Shown here piece by piece: positions 1 through 11,585 of a DNA stretch of 64,000 nt. The translations under genes and the position numbers were made by a program. The stretch's first letter is position 1. Each line of letters opens with the position of its first letter. Under the pieces are notes generated by a model. It was not told where the DNA came from and searched no databases. It worked only from the letters and a program-made list of their open reading frames with translations. This DNA is from Lama guanicoe (taxonomy: Eukaryota): positions 8,590,358 to 8,654,357 of the forward strand of contig MU054187.1 in NCBI GenBank assembly GCA_013239625.1, read 5' to 3'.

Positions 1-605
1 ACGCTTGTCATAGCTTAATTCGTAATTGTCAAAATCTGGAAAGAAACAAGATATTCTTCAGTGGGTGCGTGGATACATAAACTGCAGTGCATCCAGGCAC
101 TGGAATAGTATTCAGCACTAAAAAGAAGTGAGCTGTGAAGCTATGAAAAGAAAAACGTGGAGGAACCTTAAATGCATGTTGCTAAGTGAAAGAAGCCAAA
201 CCAAAAAGGCTACATACTGCATGGTTCCAGCTGTATGACATTATGGAAAAGGCAAAACTATGGAGACAGTGAAAAGATCAGTGGTTGCTAGAGGTAGGGA
301 GATGAAAAAGCAGAGAATTTTTAGGGCATAGATACTCTGTACATTATAATGATGGGTATATGTCTTTATACAACTGTCCAAACCTGTAGAATATACGACA
401 CTGAGAGTGAACCCCTATGTAAACCGTGAACTTGGGGCAATTATGAGTGTAGGTTTATTCTTGGTAAAAAGTGGACCATTCAGGAGAGTGATGTTGATAA
501 TGTGGAAGGCTATGTGTGTGCAGGGCAGGGGGTATGTGGGAAATTTCTGTACCTCCCCTCAATTTTGTTATAAACCTAAAATTTCTCTAAAAATTAAATC
601 ATAAA
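1..605 (+). mobile_element. LINE-1 3' end (L1MC-type), runs off window start
   Basis: Typical L1M 3' motifs: 'gctaagtgaaagaagcca', 'ggaaaaggcaaaactatggagacagtgaaaagatcagtggttgc', 'tatgtgggaaatttctgtacctcccctcaattttg', A-rich end. Confidence 0.9.
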
Positions 606-867
606 CATAATTCGAGTTGTGTTAGAAATGTTTTAATTAGAGAAGCAGAATGGCCTGATGTAGTGGTTTTCAACTCTGCTCTTTGGAGCCTTCGGGGTTT
701 TGCAGACCCACTCTGAGACAGTTGTGAATGTGAAAGACAAAGGATGTAGAAGGTAAAAGCATGGAGCCCAAGACCTTGTAGGTAAGCAGTCCATGCAAAC
801 AGCAGCAATCCCAAAACAAAACAAAATGGAAAGCACCTCATTAACATAATTTCTGCAAAATCGTAGA

Positions 868-948
868 AGTCAGTTAATTGAACTTTTGGAGAATCAGTTT
901 TCTCATCTACAAAGTGGGCATATATAACCCTGGGTTATTTTGTAGATT
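868..948 (+). mobile_element. MIR fragment
   Basis: Core 'tcagttttctcatctacaaagtggg' resembles MIR 'ctcagtttcctcatctgtaaaatggg'. Confidence 0.65.
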
Positions 949-3189
949 TCCTTACATACTGAGTGTAAAATGCATGCTATAGTTAGCTGTCCATTAACTA
1001 CTGGCTTCTATTCTTTCTCCACTGCATCAAAAATTAAATGGCTTATTTCTAACAGTGACCAGATTATGTGCTTTAAATCGTCCTTCTTCAACCTGTTATT
1101 CATATGCATCTTTTCTGTGTGCTCAAGAAATAATACATTTTCATTTTTGCCTAAACTAAAAGAAAAATGTCTGGCAAAACTAAATTACAAAAGCATATCA
1201 ATGCCAAGCACAAATGGCGTTAGATCATCCACAGTTTGTGATAGTCTGTATCATCCATCGGCACAGAGGACTGGGAATTGACTCTTTGCATATTGCTGCC
1301 TAATGCATACAAATTCTCTTTAGTTTTAATGTTCTGTGCCAGTTAAGTGTCTGGATACTCTTTTCTTTTCCAGAACAACATCCAATTCCCCAAAAAAAAA
1401 TTCTCATTGCATCTGGTTTAATTGGTGGGAAAAAGTTCATGCAAATGCATATGCTGATCCTTAACATCCCTATACCAAAAAAAAAAAAAGTGTGCATGAC
1501 ACAAAGCACTGAGAAGTGATGGAGAGACTACTTGCCCTCTGCTGCCAGTGACACCCATTGACCTACACCTGACATTCTATGTATCATGCATGTAGCAGGC
1601 TGTGATGGTTGAAAGGATGAGGAAGGGAGAGAGATGGACATAAAGGAAGGGTAAAAGAAGAATTTTACTATTTTTCCAAGAACTTCCCTTTTTACCCCAA
1701 AAGGGGAACTTCGCTGCTTCAAAGATAGAGATGCCAGCCCTGAGATTTATGCATATGTATATTCAGCTTGAAACATCAATATGGACCAGCCATTCTTCAT
1801 ACATTCATGTGTATATGTAAATACTGTCTTTTTATTTTGGCAGTCCTCATCAGTAAATTGTAGAGTTATTTTGCTATTTTGCTTTGCTAAAAAGAAAACC
1901 CCATTTTCACAAAAGCCTTGTATGCAAGCCTCTACATCATAAATGGGTGGTTATTAAATCTGCACTTGAAGTTTATTTGATTAACAAATGTATATTAGAA
2001 TGTTAAAATTTACATAAGAGTAAAATAGGCATTTTGAGTGTTCAGGAAAGACTCATCCATGCAGAAAAAGCACAACCATGAGCTAAAAATGATGCTAGCA
2101 GGAGTTTTGATTTGGGAATTTCTTCATGGTATTTATCTATAAGACAAGGATTAAAATCCTTCATCCCTTCCTCAGTGGATTGCCGCTTTGCTTTTCACTT
2201 TGCTAATATGATCCTCTTTAGAGTGATTATTTATCGACATGACACCAAACATACAGACGAAAAGCAAAACATTCAATCATTCAGCTATTTGTTAATATAC
2301 ATTTGGCATCACTTAGAAAAGAGTAATTAGAAATCATTAACTAGATTTTTCTATTTTTATTTATATATGTGGCAATTTTAGGTGTAGCCATAGTTACAAG
2401 AAAATCTTGGTTTGATTAGTCATTGCTTTTCTTTTATTCAATATTTTGTATTTTGTTAACAACAGCTTTTTGTTTGATGTATTTATTTTTTCCTGATCGC
2501 TAAATTACGAACTTCATTTGTCTCTGTTGAGCTCAGACCTGAATTTACTTCCATCAGTGTTTTATCTCTTCTTGCTCTTGTTTCAGCTTTCCTAGATGAG
2601 GAACATGAATATATTCTCTGTATATTGTTGGACTTTATTTTATATGTTTTTCATTCATTCTTACATAAATAAATTGAATTGATACAATTTAATTTCCTAA
2701 AATATATATAAAATAAGACAATTCAAAATGTTTCATTTCAATCAATATTAAAAGGCATTAGAGAAAGGGGAGAGAGAAATGGACCAGGAATTTGGGGTAA
2801 GTGAGTTACTCTAATTGGACACCAAGTTCCCTGTGAGTGGAAGATAAAAGCAAAGACTGAGTTGAGGGTGAGTTGGAAGATACTATCTGAAAGAAAGTCA
2901 CACAGGTCCATTTAGGGCAGTGGTAGTCAGACTGTTTTTCTGCTCCTTAGCACAACAAAGGGTTTCAACATAATCTCAGTCTCACCAGTTACTGTGCTTT
3001 GTTTATTACAGAAGGATGGATGTCCTTCCAGCCCACCTCGAAATGCACCACAGGAAAGGTTCATGGTTCAGCAAAAAAAGTCATGTGGGCACTTGCTGCC
3101 CTACGGAAATTGATGCATACGTGAGTGCTATGCAAGTGTTTCTTCTGCGCTTTCTGGTGAGTTCATGCTATACCGGGGCACAGCTTAAA

Positions 3190-3410
3190 GGAACTAACAC
3201 TCGTCGCCTACGGAACACTTCCTCTGTGCCAGACCACCCGGGTGCGTTCCATGCGTTGTCTCGTCTAAGGTCCACAGGGTGTTTGTGGACAAGTAGCCTC
3301 ATTGTATAGGTGAGGAAATAGGCTTTGAGGAGATGGGGCAACAGGCCCCAGGTCACCAGCTAGACGCTGGTAAATGGCAGAGCCAGGTTCAAACCCTGAG
3401 CGGCTGAATG
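3190..3410 (-). mobile_element. MIR
   Basis: 'cctcattgtataggtgaggaaataggc...ccaggtcaccagct...gtaaatggcagagccaggttcaaaccc' is the reverse-complement MIR core. Confidence 0.8.
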
Positions 3411-3435
3411 TGCAGAAGACTCTGCTGTGTGTATG

Positions 3436-3530
3436 GCCCTCCTGAGCTCCAACTCTAGGGAATCTGACTCTGTAGGTTTAAGGTGGTGCCTCGGAGGCTG
3501 CGTTTTTCCGCATCTCTGGTGATTTTGGAG
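3436..3530. mobile_element. MER5-type hAT-Charlie fragment
   Basis: 'gaatctgactctgtaggtttaaggtggtgcctcggaggctgcgtttt...ggtgatt' resembles the MER5A interior. Confidence 0.55.
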
Positions 3531-3721
3531 TGTGGGGGAAGGAGGGCTTATATTCCAGCGGATTGATTTCTAAGCCCTTGCTGTTTCCCACTCCGGAAAG
3601 ATCACTTTTCCCCCAGAGCGCCCCACGGTTTCTGTGTGAAAGTTTCCTAAGGCAGGTATGAACATCTCCATGTAGACATCATGCCTGTTAATGAACTCAC
3701 TGGGTTTTTTAAAAACATTTT

Positions 3722-3968
3722 GACAATGATAACAGTAGCTGCTGCCTATAGAGCTCTCTTAGGGGCAATCACACTCCGTATCCACTGTACCCTCAGACAG
3801 CCTCTCAGGTCCAGGCAACCCTCCGTATCCGCGGATAAGCATCCGCAGACACCAAGCCCTGACTATGTGATTTTGAGCATCCGCGGATTTTGGTATCCCC
3901 GGCGTGTCCTGAAACAAACCCCCATGCACACCCGCGGATGACTGTGCTGTTTTTATCTCTACTTACTT
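3722..3968 (-). mobile_element. MIR fragment split by the MER2 insertion
   Basis: 'cctcagacagcctctcaggt' before and 'tgctgtttttatctctactta' after the insertion join into MIR-like 'cctcacaacagccctatgaggtaggtactattattatccccatttta'. Confidence 0.5.
3812..3944 (-). mobile_element. MER2-like TcMar-Tigger MITE, internally deleted
   Basis: 'ttgagcatccgcggattttggtatccccggcgtgtcctgaaacaaacccccatgcacacccgcggatgactg' matches the reverse-complement MER2 end; opposite end 'caggcaaccctccgtatccgcgg' is TIR-like. Confidence 0.8.
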
Positions 3969-4618
3969 CTCAGTTAGGAAACAGGGAATAACAAGCATTT
4001 GAAGAAGTGTTTGCTCTCCAAGGCTTTTTTTTTTTTTTTAATATATATCTGCACTTGATACTGTTTCTGGGAGTCGCTTGGCTGAAAAACAAGTAGACTG
4101 TCAGGACTTTCTGGAACTGATAAGCTTTCCTTTGGAGTTTGCCTAGTGATGCAGTGACAGCTACCAGACTGGGTCACCAGACGTTGGACAGGCAGCTGTT
4201 CAGAGGGTGTTTCAAGGAGGAGGTCAAGAGGAACACTATAAATATCAAAACTTCTCCTTAACTTGTTTATAAATTTTGTGAGTAGCATGGGGTCAGGGAC
4301 AACTCTGCAGTCTCAGCCATGAAAATTATTCTTTGCAGGGTGGAGTAAAACACTTAGGACTTTTACTAAGTTTGGAAAAGCTGTCAAAGGAAAATTTTCC
4401 TCAGGCTAAATTAGTATGGTCAACCTTATGAAGGCTTTCATTTTCATTGAAACTTCGATAAACAATAAAACACACTACACCGTTAAGTAGGGTGCCACTC
4501 TGTATCTTATGTCAACTTGGCTAAAATTTTGCTCCAGAGTTTCCCTCTTCGTTTAGATATATCCGTTTCTTCATCCTGCCAACATACAACCACTGAATCT
4601 GTTAAAAAAAAAAAAAAC

Positions 4619-4697
4619 CTGATTTATCTTTGCATCCCCAGAAATAAGAAGGTGTTGGTACAAAACAGGCACTCCATCAGTGTTTACTGAGTTGTAT
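4619..4697 (+). mobile_element. L2 3' end fragment
   Basis: 'tttatctttgcatccccag...ggtacaaaacaggcactccatcagtgtttactgagttg'. Confidence 0.6.
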
Positions 4698-5077
4698 TAA
4701 GTGCCTTCAGTACAATCTACCCCATGATAAAAAAAAATATATGCAGGATACTAAAATGTATGTTCACTGCTCACAAACTGCTTATAATTCACCTTGATCC
4801 CTGACATTTTCATCAGGCAATGTTGCAGGATGATAAAGCCTCAATTTTCAAATGAAGATTGGTTAAGAGATTAAGTGTTTGGGATAAAGTACAAAATTAC
4901 TGACTCTAAAATAGAATTTGGTGACCCTCTAGTTCAGAAGTTTGCAAACTCTTTTTTAGTGGCCAAGCCTTTTTTCAAACAAAATTTTATATGGAATTCC
5001 AAAATGTTACTCAGCTAAATGTGGCCAAAGAGCGCATGGGAGCACTTCTCTCCCTGGGTCTCTGAGGCGCTTCCCTG

Positions 5078-5192
5078 TTCAAGCCAAATCTCCTCATTGT
5101 GTAGTTGAGAAGAGTTAAGGCCAAGCGAGATTAAGAAATTGACTTCCCAAGGTTACGTGGCTGGTTAGGCTGAGAGTTGAAAACAGAATCCA
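5078..5192 (-). mobile_element. MIR/MIR3 fragment
   Basis: 'ctcctcattgtgtagttgagaagagttaaggcc...gacttcccaaggttacgtggctggttag'. Confidence 0.7.
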
Positions 5193-8189
5193 CATATATT
5201 ACCTCCCAATACTTTCTGACAGAACTCAGGCCAGATGGGAGAACAGTGAAGTCCAAAACAGGCTTTGACTAAGAAATGCAAGTATGGGCATATCACCTGG
5301 GTCAAGCATGGGAAGGTAAAAGTCACACTGCGAGTAACACAGGCCATTAGCATAAAGAGGCCAAACTGATGAAGGGACAGTTCTCGGGACAAGAGGCTCA
5401 AGTGTGATCTGAGAAGAGAGCTGGCCAGGCTTGGTGACTTCTCTTGCAACCTGAGAACATGTGTAGGAGACTCATGGGTGGTGATCATTGAAAATTACCT
5501 TTTAAGAATGATCTAGCCCTGGTGGGCAGCCTGCTGGTCATAGAATTGCATGAAGTCCAACATCCAATACTTTCCAGATTATGTACTTCGGGGGTACCAG
5601 CCCTAAAGTGTGTACGTTTCTAAATTATAAATTGTAAAACTTAGCCCCGCACAGATACCTTTTTTTTGATCTGTCTGTGAGCATCTAATTTTGCAGTCTC
5701 TCCCGAGGAACGGTGGCCTCAGCTGCCTTCGTTTGGGTATCTTTTAACCCGTGTGCTCCTTTTAGTCTTTAACCTGATATGCTTCTTCTCACTTGCCTTC
5801 AATTTCTACTTTTTTCCCAGTGTCTTTCTGATTCTCATATGTCAAAAGAGGGTTATTGTTCACCTTGCAGAATACTTCAAATTTATCAGTGCCTTACTGG
5901 ATAATTTTTCGGAATAAAATTGATCTAAAATAAGTATGGGCAAGTTGAGAACTCTGGCTTTTGTTTTCATAATTAAAGATTGAGCACTTTTAGCTTTTGC
6001 AGTTGCAGTCTGTTACGGGCCTGTGATGGAGATCTGCTGGAGAAACAGCTCCCGATGAACAGTTTGTTTCATGTTAGTGATATTCAGGAGAAATCTAGGA
6101 CTGCTCCAGAATCCCTGAAGGCTTTCCTTTCTGTAGTTGATTGAGTTGTCCTTGCAAACCAGGATTAAAGCCACTGGAACGGTGATTTCAGAAAAAGAGT
6201 ATCTCCTTGCAGTGCACCTGGCTGGTGGATGGATTCTGGAATTTAATTTTTACTGCTGCCAATCTCCTGACCTTCAAAACACAAACACTGATCCTGGAAA
6301 AAAAAGGGTTTCATGGTTCAGTTTCATGGCTTTCTTCCGCCAGTTGGGCCACTGATTAGGGAATCTTATTTCCATTATAGACATTGAAGATTTTTAAACA
6401 TCCAGAGGGACAGAGACCCCCTTAATGAAATTCCAGAAGGATCTAAGTCTTTTTATATGTAAAACATAGTTCCCATCTCTGTCCAACATGGCTTCTCTTT
6501 TTTCCTTTTTCATTGCTGGCTAACGTGACAAAGTCTTATTCTCTCCTAACAAGTACTACCCGCTTTCCTGTATATATACAAGCATTTCCACTCCTTTCCC
6601 TCTGCAAGCCATTGGCTGATTCTTTTGTCAACTACTCAGACTGGGAGAGTGTGGGACCAAGTACACCTATCCAAATTAGCCACTGCAAAGACAAATGGAG
6701 AGATTCTAAATTTTGCATTTGATCATTTTTTCTGTAATCTGCTGTTCATACGGATGCTTTGCATATGTTGATTAAATAGGCACTTTCCACTGCCCGGGGA
6801 GCCAGAGCCCCTCACAGTAGACCAGTGTTATCTGATCCCAGGGGACTGCGGCACTCCAGAGGGACACTATCACACGGACTACCTGCTTCAGCTCGTCTCA
6901 GCGACAATGATCGCCATATGTGAAACGGCAGGAAAACAGATGCTGTTTCTCCATTTGTGAAATCAAGTTGTTGGAAAGTAGTCAGATTTCCAATGTATGA
7001 AATCTCATCTAATCAACCTACGGAGACAGAGTGAGCTTTCTCAGAAATATTTGACAACACTCCCTAGTATTGGTGACTAGATGTGTATGAAATCATAGTG
7101 CCACAGCGATAATCCTTTTCCCATACTTGTATTGATAATATCTGTTTTGATGGCTGAAAATGGGGTCCCTAACTTTCTTAAACAAAGGAAATACGTAACC
7201 CAGTTTTTACTGGCAAAAAGGGCTTCCAGGCACAGTCTCTCGGGGCAGGGGAGAATTACTGTAGCATCTCCCCTGATGACAAGGAATAGGAATCTAGAGA
7301 TTCACAATCCTCTTTTTATCAATTCAAAAGTAAGATGTCCACAGAAGCCCAGTAAGTGTTCTGTGATTCACTCCCACCTCACTCTTGCCTGTATCTTGAG
7401 GACTTACATGACCTGCCATTTGTGTAACAAAATACTTTATTCTGGCCGCTTGGAAAGCTCCTTTTCATTCATGAACAGTGACCTGCTTCTCAGAGTCTGT
7501 GGCTTGAGCAAAAAGTCAGTTAAAATCTGATTAGGTACAGCGTTGACCATACCATGTCTGGAAGGAAAGAAATGTTGGCGAAATATAGTCACTTACAAAC
7601 CAGACAACTGTGGATACTAATTTATCTACAGTTATTTTTTAATTTATAGGGAGAAATGTAAACGAAACCTGGATATAAGCAATATAAAGTTCACATCCAG
7701 GGAGCCCGGCTTCTGACCCTGTTTTCCCTTCAGTACCTGATTTGCTTACAGCCTGACTTAAACTTTCTGCCTATAAAATGTAAGCAATAATACATCAAAA
7801 GTTGTCACAATAAAAACTACAATAAGCTTTAAGAGCTGAAAATCTACAGAATGCCGAGGCATTCATAAACTCTGCTCTTCCTCACTCAAGGGTTTGTCCT
7901 GAACACGCAGTATCTGACACAGGAGATGCAGCTTCCTGGAAGGCTAACATCCCCGAGACGACAAAGAAATCAAATGAGTCTGATGACTTCATAATAGCAA
8001 AAATATTATAGACGCAAACATTGCTATTTGTTCTGAAGGCAAAGACGTTGTGCCTACTTACCGTAACGTAAAAGTTAGCACTTGAGCTGGGCTTCATAAT
8101 GTGGAGATGCAATCGGTTGGGGTGTTTCCACAGGAAAGAAACAGCTCACAAGCTTCAGGAGATGACAGGGGAGCACAGGGCGTTTGCAC

Positions 8190-8400
8190 GGTGAGGGGTT
8201 TTAAGTTAATTTGACCAGAGAAAGTTGAAGTTTGGTGAAGGAGAGCAAGGGAAAAAACACAGTAAGTTAAGCCCAGATCATGAAGGGTCTTGAGTGATGG
8301 TCTGAGGAATTCAGATGTGATACTGAGCGATGGAAAATTTAGATGACTTTTTGCAGCTTAGAGTCAAAGTCAGAGCTCCCTTTGCACAGATCAACTTAGG
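8190..8400 (-). mobile_element. L2 fragment
   Basis: 'gcccagatcatgaagggtcttgagtgatggtctgaggaattcagat' is typical antisense L2. Confidence 0.65.
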
Positions 8401-8919
8401 ACTTCGGCGTCTGGCACCGTCTGAGCCTACTGTGGACTAGCATTCTCCTTGCTTATTAAAAGAGGAATGGACTACAGGAAAGAGTCTTGCAATCCAGGAG
8501 GAAAGACCAGAAAGACGAAACAGTTATAAATAAGTGCCAGGACAGAATTAGGCACTAAATTGTGTGGTAACAACAACTGTCATTGAACTTTGTAGTCTAT
8601 GAACCACTTTCAGAGCATTAATCTCTGCTCCTCAATGAATACTTCCTGAATGAATGAACAATCAACTCTTTGAGGTAAATAGGAAATGTAAGGAGTCTGA
8701 TTTCATGTGGGCAGTAAGCGCTGATCTGGGACTCAAAGGATTTCAACCTAATCTTCTGCTTTCTGTAGACTGAGATGCAGGAGTTAAAGGGAAAAGATGT
8801 ATCGCTGAATTCCTCTGCCTTTAAATTCACTAAGCACTACTGAGGGATGAAAGAGAAGAGACAGATTATGCTGGACTATTGGCCCATGAGTTAAATATTT
8901 CTCTAGACAAAGCTTTCCT

Positions 8920-9121
8920 TAAGTGGATGTTTAGTGACCAGGTAGTGTGACTGCTGTTGGATATGATAAAAATCTCTTTCATTAAAAATCGTCGGCCCAT
9001 AAATGGGACCATTTCTCAGCCCTCTTGGCAATTCTGAGAGCCACCCAAGAGCCTTCCAATAAACTGGCTTTCTTCTTAAATCAGCAAAACTGATTTGGGC
9101 TACTAAGAACCCTGACTGATG
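8920..9121 (+). mobile_element. MaLR LTR 3' part (MLT1K/L-like)
   Basis: 'ccttccaataaactggctttcttcttaaatcagcaaaactgatttgggctactaagaaccctgactgat' resembles the MLT1 3' terminus with poly(A) signal. Confidence 0.6.
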
Positions 9122-9194
9122 TAGTAATTTTACTAAATAGATGTTGCAAAGCCCTGCTGAGTTTCTGTGCCTAACCAAGTGTGAGACCCACATC

Positions 9195-9360
9195 AGAGTC
9201 CAGGCTCGCTGCATATTATGTATCCTTGGACATGTCACTTAATCTGGATGAGAGTATTTTATATCTATAAAGTTCAGAAACAATTTCTATCCCATCTACC
9301 CTTAATGAACAAGTAAATGTGTGTAAAATTACTCTGTCAAATATAAATCAGTGTATGTCA
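9195..9360 (+). mobile_element. MIR fragment
   Basis: 'tgtatccttggacatgtcacttaatct...ttttatatctataaa'. Confidence 0.55.
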
Positions 9361-10741
9361 TAGAAAGAAAAGTTATTGTATGCTCAGAGTATGATAATTA
9401 TTTTGATTTTATATCTCACCAATTGGTAAGAAATTAATAAACAGATTATTTTGGTTGTTATTCTAAGAAGGAAAGTTAATGTATTCCTGATCTTATGTTC
9501 TACTGTCCTCTTCTATATTCTCAAGACACAATGGCTCAATATTGTTCAAGGAAAGGGAGAAAATTCTCCCAGTTTCTCTGAACGAGGATAAGAAGTCTGC
9601 AGAAAACTGCTCAGCCATTCCCAAGTATGATGGAGAAGCTAGAATACTCCTGGGAGCTTGAAACTCGATATAGAAGAACATAGCCCCTCTGTGGGAAACA
9701 AGTAGCAGAAGGCCTACAACTCAACAATTTGTTTCCAAAGAGCTGGGAGATAGGCCGATGTGTGGCAGCTAAGTTCATGACCACCCCACTCACATCTTGA
9801 AGGGAAGATACTCACCTCCCTCTAGTAAATCGTCTCAGTCCATCTTCGCTCAACCTCCCGCTCTTCACTTTTGACAGATGACCAAGACTATTACAGCGGA
9901 AGCCGTGTGCTGAGACATCTGTAGTAGGGAGAGTTCAAGTCATTCTGTGGGCAAGTGACACTTGTGTTGGCTTTTGGCCACGCTGAGAAACGTGGAAACC
10001 AGGCATCCAAGTTGATTGGCCACAGTTCCAAATTGTGCAAGCGCCCAGGCTATGATGTGGCAGAAGGATGTTTTATTGAAAGGAACAAAAAGACCACAAA
10101 CGTTTTGTAACTGTAACTGGTAAATGGCAGTTACTTCAAGTCTCACCCAAACCCAAAATGTTGCTTGTGGAGGCTGGATCTCTGAATGCGGTTTTACGCA
10201 CTATCCCTGAAAAGCCCTTGTATTCTCCACTTCTCTTCATTTTGACAAATATTAAACGGCCATCTAGCATGAAGTAGGCCCTGAAGATGTGAGGAATACA
10301 TGGTCTCGTTCTCCTGGGATTTGCAACGTAGGATTTTCCTCCGTTGGTGTGAAAATTCCACTGAGTTGGTCTGACCTCTTATTTCTGCCTGAGTAGCAGG
10401 GAAGGGTACTTCCACCATCGTTGTCTCTGCTTTCAGTTTGGAGTCCTACACACATTACCGCGAGGAGTGTGTGCAGACACAGGAACTCCTGTAGGGGTTT
10501 CCAAACGCTTCACTGTCCTTTAGGACAGTAACAGTGTTAACAAAGGCCGGGGATTTCTATCACTTTTTCATCACTGTAACAGTGCGGCAAGTCCTGTGTG
10601 GTACCCAGCCATCCTGCTGAGAGGACTTTCCCGTTTGCTGCATTTCTGAAACCATTTGGCGTTCTTATTGGTTTATTTCATAGTAGAGTGACCTTAGGTA
10701 AATATATTCTGTATTTGTTTAGTTTGTCCAAGAGGAATGGG

Positions 10742-11436
10742 ATCCAATCCATTAGCAAATCCCATCAGTTCTGCCTTCAAAATATATCCTGAAATGACCA
10801 TTTTTCTCTCCTCTCTCCTTATTTCCACAGTCTAAGCCATTGTACTGTCTTACCTAAAAAAATAGCAATCACCTCTGACGTCTGTCTTTTCTGCTCTTAC
10901 AAGTCTGCACTCCACACAGCAGCCAAAACAGTATTTGTAACATGCAAGCAGATCCTGTCTCTTCCCTGCCACCAGTCCCTCCGTGGTATCCCCTGGCTAA
11001 GTCAGACTGAATCCTCAGGGGGCTGGTGGTGGGAAAGGAGGTGAGAAAGTCAACCTGGTGAGCCCCCTTCCCTCCCACTCAAGCCTCCCGTCTGCTGGCC
11101 GGGCCAAGGCACCTCCCAGCAGGAATTCTGAGCTTGTCTCCCCATAATTCTCAGGCTTTGCTTTCTCCCTTCATTGCATTCTGCTCAAATGCCACTTTCC
11201 CGCCCTGTCTGGGTACCGCCTTCCCACTGCCTCCAGCCTTTAGCTTCCTATTCTTCCATGTTGCTTCATGAAATTTAAAATTCCCTGACCGTGTAGAACC
11301 CATTTATCTCTTCCTGTTTCCTCCACTAAAATGGAAGCTCCAAGAAGGCAGGGATATTACTTTGTTCACTATTGTCTAGAAGAGGGACTGGCACAAAATA
11401 AGGGTGTCCCATAAATACTCATGGAATGAATGAATC
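10742..11436 (+). mobile_element. L2a 3' region
   Basis: 'atccaatccattagcaaatcccatcagttctgccttcaaaatatatcc', 'ccacacagcagcca', 'ccactaaaatggaagctccaagaaggcaggga', terminal 'gaatgaatgaat'. Confidence 0.9.
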
Positions 11437-11585
11437 ATATTTCATCCTTACCAAAAACTATGAGATAATCTCAGCAGCAGAGGAAGCCGAGGTTCATCAA
11501 GGTTAACTCATTTGCAGTTCAATACAGAACAGATCCAAAGTACAAATTCAGTATCTCCTGAGGTCAGAGGCCTTGCTCATTCCTC
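11437..11585 (-). mobile_element. MIR fragment
   Basis: 'cagaggaagccgaggttcatcaaggttaactcatttgc'. Confidence 0.6.

Noticed and set aside
7295..7620. Possible old Tigger-like DNA transposon (covers the 132-aa ORF)
   Set aside because: Only vague terminal similarity and no transposase motif; cannot be supported without a Dfam search
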